Positions 1 through 10,776 are shown, counted from the stretch's first letter. The stretch is 64,000 bases of DNA from Hadesarchaea archaeon (GCA_029259175.1 JAPDJH010000002.1:64001-128000), one strand, 5' to 3'. Program-made: numbers and translations. The notes: generated by a model not told the origin, from the sequence alone.

Positions 1-1
1 G

Positions 2-73
2 TTCCATCCCGAGTCAATTCTGACGAAGCACGGAAAACAGCTCCTTCGCAACTTCTTGGAGGTGAGCCGATGA
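2..73 (+). CDS. trpG: anthranilate synthase component II, C-terminal end (partial)
   Basis: Frame 2 reads [23 protein letters not shown], the class I glutamine amidotransferase HPE motif; the stop overlaps the trpD ATG (ATGA). Confidence 0.9.
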   Translation, partial: FHPESILTKHGKQLLRNFLEVSR

Positions 74-1125
74 GCGAGTTCAAACCGATACTGGAGAAGA
101 TACTCACCCATCAAGATCTGTCAGAGCGGGAAGCGGCTTCTGCTATGCGTTTGCTGATGTCCGGCAAGCTCGAGCCCGTTCAGATAGCCGCTTTTCTCAC
201 AGCCATGCGGATGAAGGGCGAAACGATCGAGGAAATCACCGCATTCGCCAAGGTCATGCGGGAGTTTGCGTTACCTGTCCGCCCCAAGGTTCAGGGGGCG
301 CTGGTGGACGTGTGCGGAACGGGAGGCGATTCTCTCAAAACTTTCAACATCAGCACGGCCGCGATGTTCGTGGCAGCAGGAGCGGGCGTGCGCATTGCCA
401 AGCACGGAAACCGTTCGGTGACCAGCAAGAGCGGCAGTGCCGATGTGCTGGAGGCCCTTGGAGTGGTTATAGATCTTCCTCCTGCAGAGGTCGAGCGTTG
501 CATCGAGAGCGTAGGGATAGGTTTCATGTTCGCTCCCCGGTATCACCCGGCGATGAAATACGCGACGCCCGTGCGCCGGCAAATCGGGATTCGGACGGTA
601 TTCAATATTCTGGGCCCTTTGACGAATCCTGCGGGAGCCACCGCTCAACTCATGGGAGTTTTTGATGGCGCACTCACAGAAAAACTAGCCTGGGTGCTGC
701 ACCGACTGGGCTGTGCGCGCGCCATGGTGGTCCACGGGCTCGACGGTTTGGACGAGCTGTCAACGATTGGAAAAACGCAGATCTCAGAACTGCGAGACGG
801 CGAAGTGTCCACGCACGTGCTCAGACCCGAAGATGTGGGCCTAAGCACGGCTTCCCCATCTCAGCTCGCGGGAGGAGACGCTCGCGAAAACGCCCGGCTG
901 ATACTCAAGGTGTTTCGGGGCGAACGTGGACCCAAACGAGATATCGTGGTCCTCAATGCAGCGGCTGCTATCTGCGTGGGAGGGCGAGCACAGGATTTGC
1001 GCGAAGGACTCGAGATAGCACAGGAGTCCATCGATTCAGGCGCGGCTTATCAAAAGCTTCGCGATTTTATCAAGGCAACGGGCGGCGATTTCGCCAAACT
1101 TCAGCAACTGGAGGATCAGCTATGA
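70..1125 (+). CDS. trpD: anthranilate phosphoribosyltransferase
   Basis: [12 protein letters not shown] and [15 protein letters not shown] motifs; trp operon context. Confidence 0.98.
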   Translation: MSEFKPILEKILTHQDLSEREAASAMRLLMSGKLEPVQIAAFLTAMRMKGETIEEITAFAKVMREFALPVRPKVQGALVDVCGTGGDSLKTFNISTAAMFVAAGAGVRIAKHGNRSVTSKSGSADVLEALGVVIDLPPAEVERCIESVGIGFMFAPRYHPAMKYATPVRRQIGIRTVFNILGPLTNPAGATAQLMGVFDGALTEKLAWVLHRLGCARAMVVHGLDGLDELSTIGKTQISELRDGEVSTHVLRPEDVGLSTASPSQLAGGDARENARLILKVFRGERGPKRDIVVLNAAAAICVGGRAQDLREGLEIAQESIDSGAAYQKLRDFIKATGGDFAKLQQLEDQL

Positions 1126-1886
1126 ATATTTTGGACAGAATTGTGCGTGATGTTGAGCAGGAAGTGAAGAGAAGACTGGAGACACGCCCTTACGAGCACA
1201 TAAGGCCACCGCGCCCTAAACTTAAGCTCTCTCGAGCCATTTCTGAGTCTCCCATTCTTATTGCCGAGGTCAAGCGGGCCTCACCATCGCTCGGGGGTAT
1301 CCGGCCGAACGCCGATCCTCTCTCGCTGGCTGCGGAAATGGTGGACGGCGGTGCTGGAGCGCTCTCAGTTTTGACGGAGCGGATTCACTTCCAGGGGGAC
1401 CCGCTGTTTCTTCACCGTCTTGCCAAGCACGTACAGGTCCCTTTGTTGATGAAGGATTTCGTGATCCACCCGTACCAGCTCGAGGAGGCCTATCGCTTGG
1501 GAGCGGATGCTGTGTTGCTCATAGCGAGGGTTCTGGACGACCGTTTACCGGAGTTTGTGGACCGAACTCTCGAACTCGGGATGGAACCATTGGTGGAAGT
1601 GTTTGATGAGGCCGAGCTTCGTCGGGCCCTGCAGACGAGGGCGCAGCTCATCGGAATAAATAACCGCGACTTGGCGACCATGAGAATCGATCTCGGCAGG
1701 ACCGAGCGTCTCGCCCCTCTGGTTCCCCAGGACAGAGCGGTGATAAGCGAGAGCGGTATTGCGACTCCTGCAGATGTCAAGCGGGTGCTGCGTGCTGGGG
1801 CGAGAGCGGTTCTGGTGGGAACCGCTATAATGCGGGCCCCCGATATCAGGTTGAAAGTGCGAGAACTGGTGGAGGCGATTTCGTGA
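1122..1886 (+). CDS. trpC: indole-3-glycerol phosphate synthase
   Basis: [26 protein letters not shown] and SESGI motifs. Confidence 0.97.
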   Translation: MNILDRIVRDVEQEVKRRLETRPYEHIRPPRPKLKLSRAISESPILIAEVKRASPSLGGIRPNADPLSLAAEMVDGGAGALSVLTERIHFQGDPLFLHRLAKHVQVPLLMKDFVIHPYQLEEAYRLGADAVLLIARVLDDRLPEFVDRTLELGMEPLVEVFDEAELRRALQTRAQLIGINNRDLATMRIDLGRTERLAPLVPQDRAVISESGIATPADVKRVLRAGARAVLVGTAIMRAPDIRLKVRELVEAIS

Positions 1887-2527
1887 TCATCAAGGTGTGT
1901 GGTTTCACACGATCCAGAGACGTCGAAAAAGCTTGTGAGCTGGGCGTCGACATGATCGGTGTGATCTTGGTGGAGGGATCGAAACGCCAAGTCGATGTGG
2001 ATCAAGCGAGAAATCTTTTGTCGAGTGCAACAGCGAAAAAAGTTGTTGTCTGCAAGCCATCGAGCGTTGAAAATCTGCTGCTGCTGGAGCGGACGTTAGA
2101 GCCCGATTATTTTCAGCTCCATCCGAGCCTATCAGTTCAGGAGCTCCAACGCGCTCGCGAGTCCCTTGACGCCGGGCTCATTCTTGTAGTTCCAGTCCCA
2201 CCAGCTGGAGCCGAAGCGGAGCAACTGGTTGAGCAGGCAAAGGAGCTGGAGCCCTTGGCCGACTATCTGTTGATAGACACGAAAGGCCCTCATGGAGGCG
2301 GGACGGGGATCACGCACGATTGGTCCGTGAGCAGGCGGATCGTGGAGAGGTGTGACACGCCCGTTTTGCTTGCCGGGGGTCTGAACCCCTTCAACGTTGA
2401 GCAGGCGATCCGTACAGTCAGACCGGCGGGCGTAGATGTGGCGAGCGGGGTCGAGCAAGCACCCGGAATCAAAGACGAAGAACTCATGCGGGAGTTTGTT
2501 GAAAAAGCGCGTAAGGTGAGCGCGTGA
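1883..2527 (+). CDS. trpF: phosphoribosylanthranilate isomerase
   Basis: IKVCG, QLH, GGTG, LAGGL and GVDVASGVE motifs. Confidence 0.97.
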   Translation: MIIKVCGFTRSRDVEKACELGVDMIGVILVEGSKRQVDVDQARNLLSSATAKKVVVCKPSSVENLLLLERTLEPDYFQLHPSLSVQELQRARESLDAGLILVVPVPPAGAEAEQLVEQAKELEPLADYLLIDTKGPHGGGTGITHDWSVSRRIVERCDTPVLLAGGLNPFNVEQAIRTVRPAGVDVASGVEQAPGIKDEELMREFVEKARKVSA

Positions 2528-3693
2528 GGGGACGGTACGGTCGTTTCGGTGGCCGCTATGTGAGCGAAGTGCTGATCCATGTGCTGGAGGAATTGGAGGA
2601 GGCATTTGAGCGCATTTATCCAACTCCAGAGTTTCAACAGGAATTTCACCATTTGCTGCGTACCTACGCTGGACGTCCAACGCCCCTTTACTATGCCCGA
2701 AGGCTAAGCGAGCGAACGGGACTCAAAATTTACTTGAAAAGGGAGGACTTGGTCACGGGAGGATCCCACAAGCTCAACAACTCACTGGGTCAGGCCTTGC
2801 TGGCCAAGCGAATGGGCAAGCGAAGGATAATCACCGAAACAGCGGCTGGACAGCACGGTCTTTCCGCCGCAATGGCCGGCAACGTGGTGGGCTTGGAGGT
2901 GGAGATCTTCATGGGTGTCAAGGACATGGAGCGGCAGGCTAGCAATGTCAAGCGGATGCGTCTGCTGGGGGCCAAGGTGACACCGGTGACCACGGGCACT
3001 GGCGTGTTGAAAGATGCGGTTTCGGACACCCTGCGGGAGTGGGCCAAGACGAGCCGTACAACGCACTACTTGATGGGCTCCGCTGTTGGCCCCGCCCCGT
3101 TCCCGGAGATAGTGGCGACCTTTCAGAGCGTTATAGGGGAAGAGCTGAGACGCCAGATATTGGAGTTCGAGGGGCGCCTTCCGGATGCAATAGTTGCTTG
3201 TGGGAGCGGGGGGAGTAACGCCATAGGCGCCTTTCGCCCGTTCTTGTCGGATTCAGATGTGCGCCTCTACTTCATCGAGGGCGGCGGTGAGTCGCTGGAT
3301 GCGGATAACAGTGCGGCGGCCTTTGTTCTCGGAAGACCCGGTGTTTTGCACGGGGCTCTGATGCAGATCATGCAAGACGAGGACGGACAGATAAAACCCT
3401 CCAAGACACGTGCAGCTGGGTTGAACTATCCAGGCCGTGGCCCGGAGATCTCGTACTTATGCGAAACGGGGAGGGTGAAGCCGGGGTACGCCTTTGATCG
3501 GGAGGTGTTCGAGGCTGTGAAGACCACCGCCGAGTGTGAGGGTCTGATTCCAGCACTCGAGACGGCGCACGCGATAGCGTACGTGCTGAATCACCCAGAA
3601 GAGTTCGATCGCGGCGAACTGGTGGTGATAAACTTCTCGGGGCGCGGAGACAAGGACTTGGACGCTATCATGAGGTACTTCTATGAGGATTGA
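2524..3693 (+). CDS. trpB: tryptophan synthase beta chain (TrpB1 type)
   Basis: FGGRYV, KREDL..GSHK (PLP Lys), GQHG, GGSNA and SGRGDKD motifs. Confidence 0.96.
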   Translation: MRGRYGRFGGRYVSEVLIHVLEELEEAFERIYPTPEFQQEFHHLLRTYAGRPTPLYYARRLSERTGLKIYLKREDLVTGGSHKLNNSLGQALLAKRMGKRRIITETAAGQHGLSAAMAGNVVGLEVEIFMGVKDMERQASNVKRMRLLGAKVTPVTTGTGVLKDAVSDTLREWAKTSRTTHYLMGSAVGPAPFPEIVATFQSVIGEELRRQILEFEGRLPDAIVACGSGGSNAIGAFRPFLSDSDVRLYFIEGGGESLDADNSAAAFVLGRPGVLHGALMQIMQDEDGQIKPSKTRAAGLNYPGRGPEISYLCETGRVKPGYAFDREVFEAVKTTAECEGLIPALETAHAIAYVLNHPEEFDRGELVVINFSGRGDKDLDAIMRYFYED

Positions 3694-4510
3694 ACGAAAG
3701 CTGCGACAGCTTCGGGAGCGCAGGGAAGGGGCTCTCATGCCCCACGTGTATTACGGCGATCCCACGCCAGAGTTCTCTTTCGAGCTTGTGCGAACTCTGG
3801 CCGCGAGCGGTGCGGATCTGCTGGAGGTGGGAGTACCGTTTTCGGATCCCATTGCCGACGGACCGGTGTTCACGGCGGCTTGTGAGCGGGCCCTTTCCAG
3901 AGGGATAAAACCACGCATGTGTATCGCAGCCATAGAACGGCTGAGATCCGAGGGTATAGACCTGCCCGTGGTTGTGACCGCCTACTACAATATCGTGTAC
4001 AACTGGGGAGTTGTGAGGTTCTGTGCAGATCTCCAAGCGGCTGGAGCGGACGGGATCATAGTGCCCGACCTGCCGGTGGAGGAATCGGAAGAGCTTTTGG
4101 AGGCTGCGAAAGACCGGGATCTCGACTTGATTTTTCAAGTGGCCCCCACAACTTCTGAGAGCCGGATCGACAAGGTGCTGAGAAAGGCTTCGGGCTTTGT
4201 CTATGTGATAAACGTCGAGGGGGTGACCGGCCCGCGCGGCGACATAGTCCCTTCCACTCTCCAGCTCATCAGCCGCGTGCGGGAGAGGACGTCGCTACCG
4301 CTGCTAGCTGGTTTTGGTGTTTCGTCCGCTGATCACGCCCGGCTTTTGGTGGCCAACGGTGCAGACGGTGTGGTGGTCGGAAGCGCCATTGCCGAGATTT
4401 ACTCAAAGAATCTCCGGAATCCGCACTCCACTCTAGAGCGAATCAGAAGCTTCGTATCGGAGTTGAAGGCCGCCTGTGTTCAAGGCATGCGCGAGCGAAA
4501 GAGGATATAA
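3683..4510 (+). CDS. trpA: tryptophan synthase alpha chain
   Basis: LEVGVPFSDPIADGP, YYN, VPDLP, GVTG, GFG and DGVVVGSA motifs. Confidence 0.97.
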   Translation: MRIERKLRQLRERREGALMPHVYYGDPTPEFSFELVRTLAASGADLLEVGVPFSDPIADGPVFTAACERALSRGIKPRMCIAAIERLRSEGIDLPVVVTAYYNIVYNWGVVRFCADLQAAGADGIIVPDLPVEESEELLEAAKDRDLDLIFQVAPTTSESRIDKVLRKASGFVYVINVEGVTGPRGDIVPSTLQLISRVRERTSLPLLAGFGVSSADHARLLVANGADGVVVGSAIAEIYSKNLRNPHSTLERIRSFVSELKAACVQGMRERKRI

Positions 4511-4518
4511 GCCGGCAG

Positions 4519-6066
4519 GTGTCCAGTATACTCGTGAAGCGCATCCGTTTGAGACTTAGACCCCTGGACATGGAAACCGGCCGCCACATAGTAGTGCTCC
4601 ACGAGCGGGACTCCCAGCAGCTGGGCCACATGCCGGGAAGCCGGATCAGGATAGGAGCCAATGGAAGAGAGTACGTGATGATCGCCAACGTTAGCGGTCG
4701 TTTGGTCGAACCCGGGGAGCTGGGCACGTTCATTGAGGCCACAGAGATTCTGGGATTGAAGCAGGGAGCGGAAGTGGAGGTCTCGCTTGCTCCGCAACCC
4801 GCTTCCATTTCAGCGATAAAGAAGAAGTTGCGCGGGGAAAGCCTCTCCGCCGAGGAAATTGGAACTATCGTCCGCGATATTGTTTCCAACAATCTTACGA
4901 CTACCGAGCTAACGGCTTTTATCGTTGCACAGTACACCCGTGGAATGTCGATGGAGGAAATAGTTGCTCTAACACGGCACATGGTAGAAACCGGCGAGAA
5001 ACTGGAGTTCGACACGAAACCCATTCTGGACGTCCACAGCATCGGCGGCGTTCCCGGAAACAAGTATGCCCTGCTGACCGTGCCCATTGTTTCAGCCGCC
5101 GGACTCAAAGTGCCGAAGACCAGCAGCAGGGCCATTACGAGCGCTGCGGGCACGGCGGATGTGATGGAGGTCTTGGCCCCCGTGGATCTGTCGCTGGAGG
5201 AAATCAAGCGAATAGTGAATCGTGTAGGGGCAGTGCTCGCGTGGGGGGGCGCCGTGCGACTTGCCCCCGCAGACGATATAATAATTCAGGTTGAACGCCA
5301 TCTCGGCATAGACCCTCGTTGCCAGCTCTTGGCTAGCGTCATGTCCAAAAAATTGGCCGTGGGTGCTGATCGGGTCGTCATCGACATCCCCACAGGTCTC
5401 GGGGCCAAAGTCTGTACGCGCGAAGAAGCCCGCGAGCTTGCCCACGACTTCATCGAGCTGGCCCGACGCGTGGACGTGCAGATGGAGGTGGCGGTGACCT
5501 ATGGCGGACAGCCCGTGGGCTACGCCGTGGGTCCAGCTCTCGAAGCAAAGGAAGCCCTCGAGGCGTTAAAAGGAGAGGGCCCGGGAAGTCTGATTGAGAA
5601 GGCCACGAGCCTCGCAGGCTTGATGCTTGAACTCGGCGAGGTGGCCCCACCCGGGCTGGGCAAGCAAATGGCCAAGGACATCTTGAGATCAGGACGTGCT
5701 CTGGAGCAGTTGCGAAAAATTATCGAGGCCCAGGGCGGGGATCCAAAGATCGATTCAGGTGATCTCCCGATAGGACAGTACAAGCAAGTGATAGAATCTC
5801 CAGCCTCCGGATATGTGAAACGCGTCTACAATGAGCGCATCAACGCCATAGCCCGAGCCGCTGGAGCGCCCATTGACAAAGGCGCAGGTGTTCGCATTCT
5901 CCTAAAAGAGGGGCGGAAGGTGGAACGCGGAGAACCTCTAGTAGAAATCTATGCCGAGCACGAGAACAAACTCGATGAGGCGATCGCGGTTGCCAAGCAA
6001 AACTTCCCGGTTCTGATCGAGGGGATGCTTTTGGAAAAACTCGCGCACCGCCCGCACCTAGAATGA
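4519..6066 (+). CDS. AMP phosphorylase (archaeal thymidine phosphorylase family)
   Basis: DVHSIGGVPGNK, PKTSSRAITSAAGTAD and SVMSKK motifs; N-terminal double-psi-barrel-like extension typical of AMP phosphorylase. Confidence 0.93.
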   Translation: MSSILVKRIRLRLRPLDMETGRHIVVLHERDSQQLGHMPGSRIRIGANGREYVMIANVSGRLVEPGELGTFIEATEILGLKQGAEVEVSLAPQPASISAIKKKLRGESLSAEEIGTIVRDIVSNNLTTTELTAFIVAQYTRGMSMEEIVALTRHMVETGEKLEFDTKPILDVHSIGGVPGNKYALLTVPIVSAAGLKVPKTSSRAITSAAGTADVMEVLAPVDLSLEEIKRIVNRVGAVLAWGGAVRLAPADDIIIQVERHLGIDPRCQLLASVMSKKLAVGADRVVIDIPTGLGAKVCTREEARELAHDFIELARRVDVQMEVAVTYGGQPVGYAVGPALEAKEALEALKGEGPGSLIEKATSLAGLMLELGEVAPPGLGKQMAKDILRSGRALEQLRKIIEAQGGDPKIDSGDLPIGQYKQVIESPASGYVKRVYNERINAIARAAGAPIDKGAGVRILLKEGRKVERGEPLVEIYAEHENKLDEAIAVAKQNFPVLIEGMLLEKLAHRPHLE

Positions 6067-6612
6067 TCAGAGAATGAAGACCGCAGCGGCCACGACGGTC
6101 GTCCACATCCCTTCCTTCACGAGCGCCGTCTGGGTGATGTTGGTAGTTCTGACTATCTTTCCCGAGATCTTCCATATCTGCTTTCTCTCATCCCAGCTTT
6201 TGTTTGGATCGAAGGGGAGCCCCAAGGAGCTCGCCAACATGGATGCTGCCAGATCCTCCGCGTACTCGCCCGCTTCCTTGGCTGTCTGACCGTATGCGTG
6301 GTGCTCACTGATGTAGCCAATGGTCTTCTTGTCGGCCGGTAGAGCACACCCGATGCTCGCCGATATCAGCCTTCGCCGCTCGTTGCTCGCACACCGCGAC
6401 ATCACCAAGAACACTATCTGACCATCGGACAGCATGGAGAGCGCTCTTTTTCTGGAGATGACCTTGCACCCCGGCGGCACTATGCTGGAGACCGGGACCA
6501 AGTTGAATCGGGCTATCCCGGCGTCCTCCAAGGCGTTCTCGAAAGATCTCAACATCTCTCTGTCGTGTCCCACACCCTTCGTTAGGAATAGATACTTGGG
6601 AACGAGGTTCAT
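6067..6612 (-). CDS. pdaD: pyruvoyl-dependent arginine decarboxylase
   Basis: SFENALEDAGIARFNLVPVSSI with the Ser-Ser self-cleavage site; GYISEH. Confidence 0.92.
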   Translation of the reverse strand: MNLVPKYLFLTKGVGHDREMLRSFENALEDAGIARFNLVPVSSIVPPGCKVISRKRALSMLSDGQIVFLVMSRCASNERRRLISASIGCALPADKKTIGYISEHHAYGQTAKEAGEYAEDLAASMLASSLGLPFDPNKSWDERKQIWKISGKIVRTTNITQTALVKEGMWTTVVAAAVFIL

Positions 6613-6621
6613 GCGAGTCCC

Positions 6622-8274
6622 TTATTCCTCTTCGCCGCCGCCCTCCTCTCCTCCGGGGGTCTCAGGGGACTTCGGGCCCTTCTCCTCCTTCTTGCTGGCC
6701 GCGATCACATCATCAATCCTCAGGATCATGATGGCAGCTTCGCTGGCGGACTTGATGGCCTGCGTTTTGGTTCTTAGCGGCTCAAGAACTCCGAGCTTCT
6801 TCATGTCCACAATTTTTCCGTTGTACACGTCGATTCCGTATGTCTTCCCATCCGGCTTTTCGTGCTTCGCCCTCAGCTCCACGAGCACATCGATCGCGTC
6901 TAGACCCGCGTTTTCCGCCAGAGTTTTCGGAATGACCTCCACCGCGTTGGCGAAGGCGTTGATGGCCAGCGCTTCCTTACCGCCAACCTTCTGGGCGTAG
7001 TTTCTAAGCTCCTTTGCGAGCTCCACTTCCGGAGCTCCACCTCCCATCACTATCTTCCCGTCCTCGATGGCTGCGGCCACTACCGAGAGCGCATCGTGAA
7101 GCGCGCGCTCGACCTCGTCCACCACGTGCTCGCTCCCACCGCGAACGAGGATTCCAACCGCCTTGGGGTTCTTGCACTTTCTCACGAAAGTCATTTTGTC
7201 CTCTCCAATCCTCACTTCCTCCACAAGCCCGGCGGATCCCAAGTCCTCAGCAGTGAGCTCCTCCAAGTTGTTGACTATGCGCCCCCCGGTGGCTCTGGCC
7301 AGCTTCTCCATATCGGATTTCTTCGCCCGCCTCACCGCATAGATTCCGGCTTTTGCCAAGTAGTGCTGTGCGATGTCATCGATCCCCTTCTGGCAGATTA
7401 CGACATTCGCTCCGGTGCTCACGATCTTGTCCACCATTTCTTTCAGGATCTTTTCTTCTTCCTCGATGAACGCGCGGAGTTGAGAAGGATCAGAAATTCG
7501 GATCTCCGCATCGGTTTCCGTCTTTTTGATTTCGAGCGGAGCGTCGATCAACGCAATCTTAGCGTCCTTCACTCGCTTGGGCATACCCGGGTGCACGCGC
7601 TCTTTGTCGACGATCACTCCCTCTACGAGTTCCGAATCAAAAGTGCTCTTGCCCGGTTTTTTCTCCACACCGATATAGTCGATGTCTATCACATAGCGGT
7701 CTCCCACTTTGTCGGCGATCTGCTTGACCGCCTTCACCGCCAGCTCCGCCAAGTATTCGCGGGCGCTTTCGGCCTTCTTTCCCGTCATGGCTGTCATGGC
7801 GATTTGCTTGAGGGTTTCCTCGTCCTCGATACTCACAGGGATAGCGACCTTGTTCAGAGTCTCCTGAGCCTTCTCGGCGGCCATCCGGTATCCAATCGCG
7901 ATTATAGTGGGGTGAATGGCCTGATCGAGCAGTTTCTCGGCTTCCTTTAGGAGCTCCCCGCCGATCACCACCGCGGTTGTGGTTCCATCACCCACCAGAT
8001 CATCCTGAGTTTTGGCAACCTCCACCATCATTTTTGCGGCTGGATGCTCTACCTCCATTTCCTTCAGAATGGTCACGCCGTCGTTTGTCACTATTACATC
8101 TCCCAGCGTGTCGACCAGCATCTTATCCATTCCACGGGGGCCGAGGGTGGTGCGAACAGCTTCGGCTATCACCCGGGCCGCCATGATGTTCATCCGCTGA
8201 GCATCACGCCCCACGGTCCGCCTCGTTCCCTCGGGCAGGATTAGAACTGGGCGTCCACCGAGTGTTGCACTCAT
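6622..8274 (-). CDS. ths: thermosome (group II chaperonin) subunit
   Basis: [20 protein letters not shown] and GGGAPE motifs; acidic Gly-rich tail; GAGGTGA RBS upstream. Confidence 0.98.
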   Translation of the reverse strand: MSATLGGRPVLILPEGTRRTVGRDAQRMNIMAARVIAEAVRTTLGPRGMDKMLVDTLGDVIVTNDGVTILKEMEVEHPAAKMMVEVAKTQDDLVGDGTTTAVVIGGELLKEAEKLLDQAIHPTIIAIGYRMAAEKAQETLNKVAIPVSIEDEETLKQIAMTAMTGKKAESAREYLAELAVKAVKQIADKVGDRYVIDIDYIGVEKKPGKSTFDSELVEGVIVDKERVHPGMPKRVKDAKIALIDAPLEIKKTETDAEIRISDPSQLRAFIEEEEKILKEMVDKIVSTGANVVICQKGIDDIAQHYLAKAGIYAVRRAKKSDMEKLARATGGRIVNNLEELTAEDLGSAGLVEEVRIGEDKMTFVRKCKNPKAVGILVRGGSEHVVDEVERALHDALSVVAAAIEDGKIVMGGGAPEVELAKELRNYAQKVGGKEALAINAFANAVEVIPKTLAENAGLDAIDVLVELRAKHEKPDGKTYGIDVYNGKIVDMKKLGVLEPLRTKTQAIKSASEAAIMILRIDDVIAASKKEEKGPKSPETPGGEEGGGEEE

Positions 8275-8321
8275 AGAAATTCACCTCTATTTGTGAAGAT
8301 TTGGTCTCAGCCTTTTAAACT

Positions 8322-10775
8322 TTACGCTTGTTTTATTTCTGCGACTATCCTTCTCGCCGCTCTTTCTGGATTGCTGGTGTTGTATATCGCGCTCCCGGCT
8401 ATACAGATATCTGCACCGGCCCTCACAACCTCTTTTGCCACACCCTCTTTGATGCCGCCAGCGACGGCCAGCAGGAAGGGCCGGCACCGCTTTTTCGCTT
8501 CAGCGATGAGCGTGGTAGAATCGTAGATCCCTCTCCCCCTGAGTTGCTCGCTTATTCCTCGGTGCAGGCAGAATATCACGTGGTTTTCCCTTCCCTCAAA
8601 TTGTCTGGCGAGTTCTTCTATCAAGGCGATCGGGTCGGGACAATCGATGAAGTCGATGAGTATCGCTCTGTTCCACCTGATCGCCTCGCTGAGAGCTTCG
8701 AATATTTTGGTTCGTCCTCCGATGCCTAGAACGGCCGCTATGTCGGCTCCGGCCCTGAACGCGATCTTGGCCTCCAGATTTCCAACATCCATGGTTTTCA
8801 GATCCGCGACTATCAGCGCGTCTGGAGCCACCTTGCGGAGTTCTGGAATCAGACGATCGGTTCCGTGGCGTTTGAGGGCGGGCGTTCCCGCTTCAACGAT
8901 TTGAGCTCCGCCGCGATAAGCCGCGCGTGCTATCCTGACCACGGTTTTCAAATCCGCGTCTAGATCGAGGGCCACCTGAAGCGCCGGGCATCTGAGACGT
9001 TCGATTGGAGTGATCCCCACCGGAATCTCTTTTGCCCGCTTGGGTGTCTTTAACTTGAGCATTCTGCTCGGCACACCTCTCTTGCCCCATCCTCTGAGCT
9101 TGTAGTATCTTTGAAGCATTTGAGTGAGATCGAGCCCGAACTCCGCGGGTAGACGATCTTGGGCTGGTTCGAATCCCTCTCGCACGTTGAATCTCCGCTC
9201 TACGTCGTAGATACGCGCTCCCACCTCTCTCAGGTGTTTTTCCGTCCACATGACTCCAGTCAAAGCAGTGAGGAGCTCCGCGAAATCGTAGAGTTCGAAG
9301 TCCAAGGTGGAGAAGAGCGCCAGCGAATGATATTTGCACACGACCAGAGAATCGTAAACTGCCGACGCGTCTTGCAGTCGCTTCACCAGCTCGGGCTTGC
9401 CGTCTTCCGTTTGTGGATCCACGAACTCCGGATGGCCTAGAATCTCGGGGTCTATCGTGTACGCCCGCAGATGACATCCGCCGCGATTCGAAGTGGCGTA
9501 GGCGAGCGCTATTCCCTTTGCACCGCGGGGGTCATAAGCCGGGAGTTCTAGCTTTTTGCAATGAGGAACGAAGACCTTCAGCTTGAGCTTCTTTGCTGCT
9601 GCGACGGTTCCGAGAGAAAACGGAGACTTGCCGCGCCCGATGTCGTTCACCAGCCGAACCGCATCTTCAAAATTTCTGCAAATTCCAGCCTTCCTCGCCA
9701 CTCCGAGCGCAACACCCATCGATATGGTGTCGAGCCCCAGTTCATCGCAGATGGCGCTGAGCTTGGCAATCTGCTGGTAATCGAAGAAGCCGGCGTTGGG
9801 CCCAAGCATGACGATGCTTTCATATTCCGGTCCCTTTCCTTCCCAATTCTTGACCCGCACCCAGCGCCCGCAGCCAGTGGGACAGCCGAAGCAGGCGATT
9901 TTTTTGACCAGGTATCGTTCGCGCACCGTTTCGCCTGAGAACGGATCCACATCTTCGAAGCTCAGTTCCTTTCCGGAAAAATTCCAGGCTGGCAGCAATC
10001 CGCCCGCTGTGATGCGGTGGACGAGCATCGCGGTTCCGAAGCGAGCCAGGGTGCCATCTGTTCCCGTTATCGGATTGGTTTCTATGACTTTTCGCACCCG
10101 AGTGAGAATTTTCTGAAATTCGGGTGGATGAGCCACAGGCACGCGCTTGGTACCCCGCACGACAACGGCTTTGAGGTTTTTGGAACCCATCACGGCTCCC
10201 CCTCCGCATCGCCCGGCCACCCCCATCCGCCCTTCCCGGTTTCCCGTGACTACACACGCCATTCGGGCTAGGTTTTCACCTGCTGGTCCAATGGTTGCGA
10301 TAGAGAACTGCGGGTAACGGTCAAGCAGCTCCTCGATGGTCTCCAAAGTCGACTTGCCCCAGAGTTCCGTGGCGTCGTGTAGGGTGACTTTGTCGTCATC
10401 GATTTCAATATAGACCGGTTTTTTGCTTCTTCCCTGAACGATCAGCCCGTCGAAACCCGCCCGTTTGAGCCAAGCTCCGAAGAAGCCGCCCATGGACGAA
10501 TCAGCTATGGTACCCGTTAGCGGGGACTTGAAAACCACAGCTGTTCGTCCGCTTCCGGGAAAGGGTGTTCCGGTCAGCGGGCCCGTCATGAAAATCAAGC
10601 GATTAGCGGGTCCGAGTGGACCGGTTCCTCGTTTTAGCTCACGGTAAAGAATCCATGCGCCGTACCCTCTGCCACCCAAAAAATTGAACGCGATTTTCGG
10701 ATCGAGCAGTTCCGTGTTTATGGTTCCTGAATTCAAATCCACTCTCAGGAGTTTCCCGGCATAGCCACCCTTCAT
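8322..10775 (-). CDS. aldehyde:ferredoxin oxidoreductase (tungstopterin AOR family) fused to a C-terminal 3-hexulose-6-phosphate synthase domain
   Basis: About aa 1-575 is AOR-like (LRVDL, GGRG, KSPLTG, GPAGE, GAVMGSKNLKA, CFGCPTGC, EYE, DELGLDTIS, RGGCHL). About aa 599-817 is HPS-like (LQVALD, EAGTP, IVADLKTMDVGNLEA, HRGI, VAGGI, GSAI). Confidence 0.92.
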   Translation of the reverse strand: MKGGYAGKLLRVDLNSGTINTELLDPKIAFNFLGGRGYGAWILYRELKRGTGPLGPANRLIFMTGPLTGTPFPGSGRTAVVFKSPLTGTIADSSMGGFFGAWLKRAGFDGLIVQGRSKKPVYIEIDDDKVTLHDATELWGKSTLETIEELLDRYPQFSIATIGPAGENLARMACVVTGNREGRMGVAGRCGGGAVMGSKNLKAVVVRGTKRVPVAHPPEFQKILTRVRKVIETNPITGTDGTLARFGTAMLVHRITAGGLLPAWNFSGKELSFEDVDPFSGETVRERYLVKKIACFGCPTGCGRWVRVKNWEGKGPEYESIVMLGPNAGFFDYQQIAKLSAICDELGLDTISMGVALGVARKAGICRNFEDAVRLVNDIGRGKSPFSLGTVAAAKKLKLKVFVPHCKKLELPAYDPRGAKGIALAYATSNRGGCHLRAYTIDPEILGHPEFVDPQTEDGKPELVKRLQDASAVYDSLVVCKYHSLALFSTLDFELYDFAELLTALTGVMWTEKHLREVGARIYDVERRFNVREGFEPAQDRLPAEFGLDLTQMLQRYYKLRGWGKRGVPSRMLKLKTPKRAKEIPVGITPIERLRCPALQVALDLDADLKTVVRIARAAYRGGAQIVEAGTPALKRHGTDRLIPELRKVAPDALIVADLKTMDVGNLEAKIAFRAGADIAAVLGIGGRTKIFEALSEAIRWNRAILIDFIDCPDPIALIEELARQFEGRENHVIFCLHRGISEQLRGRGIYDSTTLIAEAKKRCRPFLLAVAGGIKEGVAKEVVRAGADICIAGSAIYNTSNPERAARRIVAEIKQA

Positions 10776-10776
10776 T

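Noticed and set aside
7096-7950. 284-aa plus-strand ORF and many similar antisense ORFs across the window
   Set aside because: Shadow frames of well-conserved genes on the opposite strand, with no motifs
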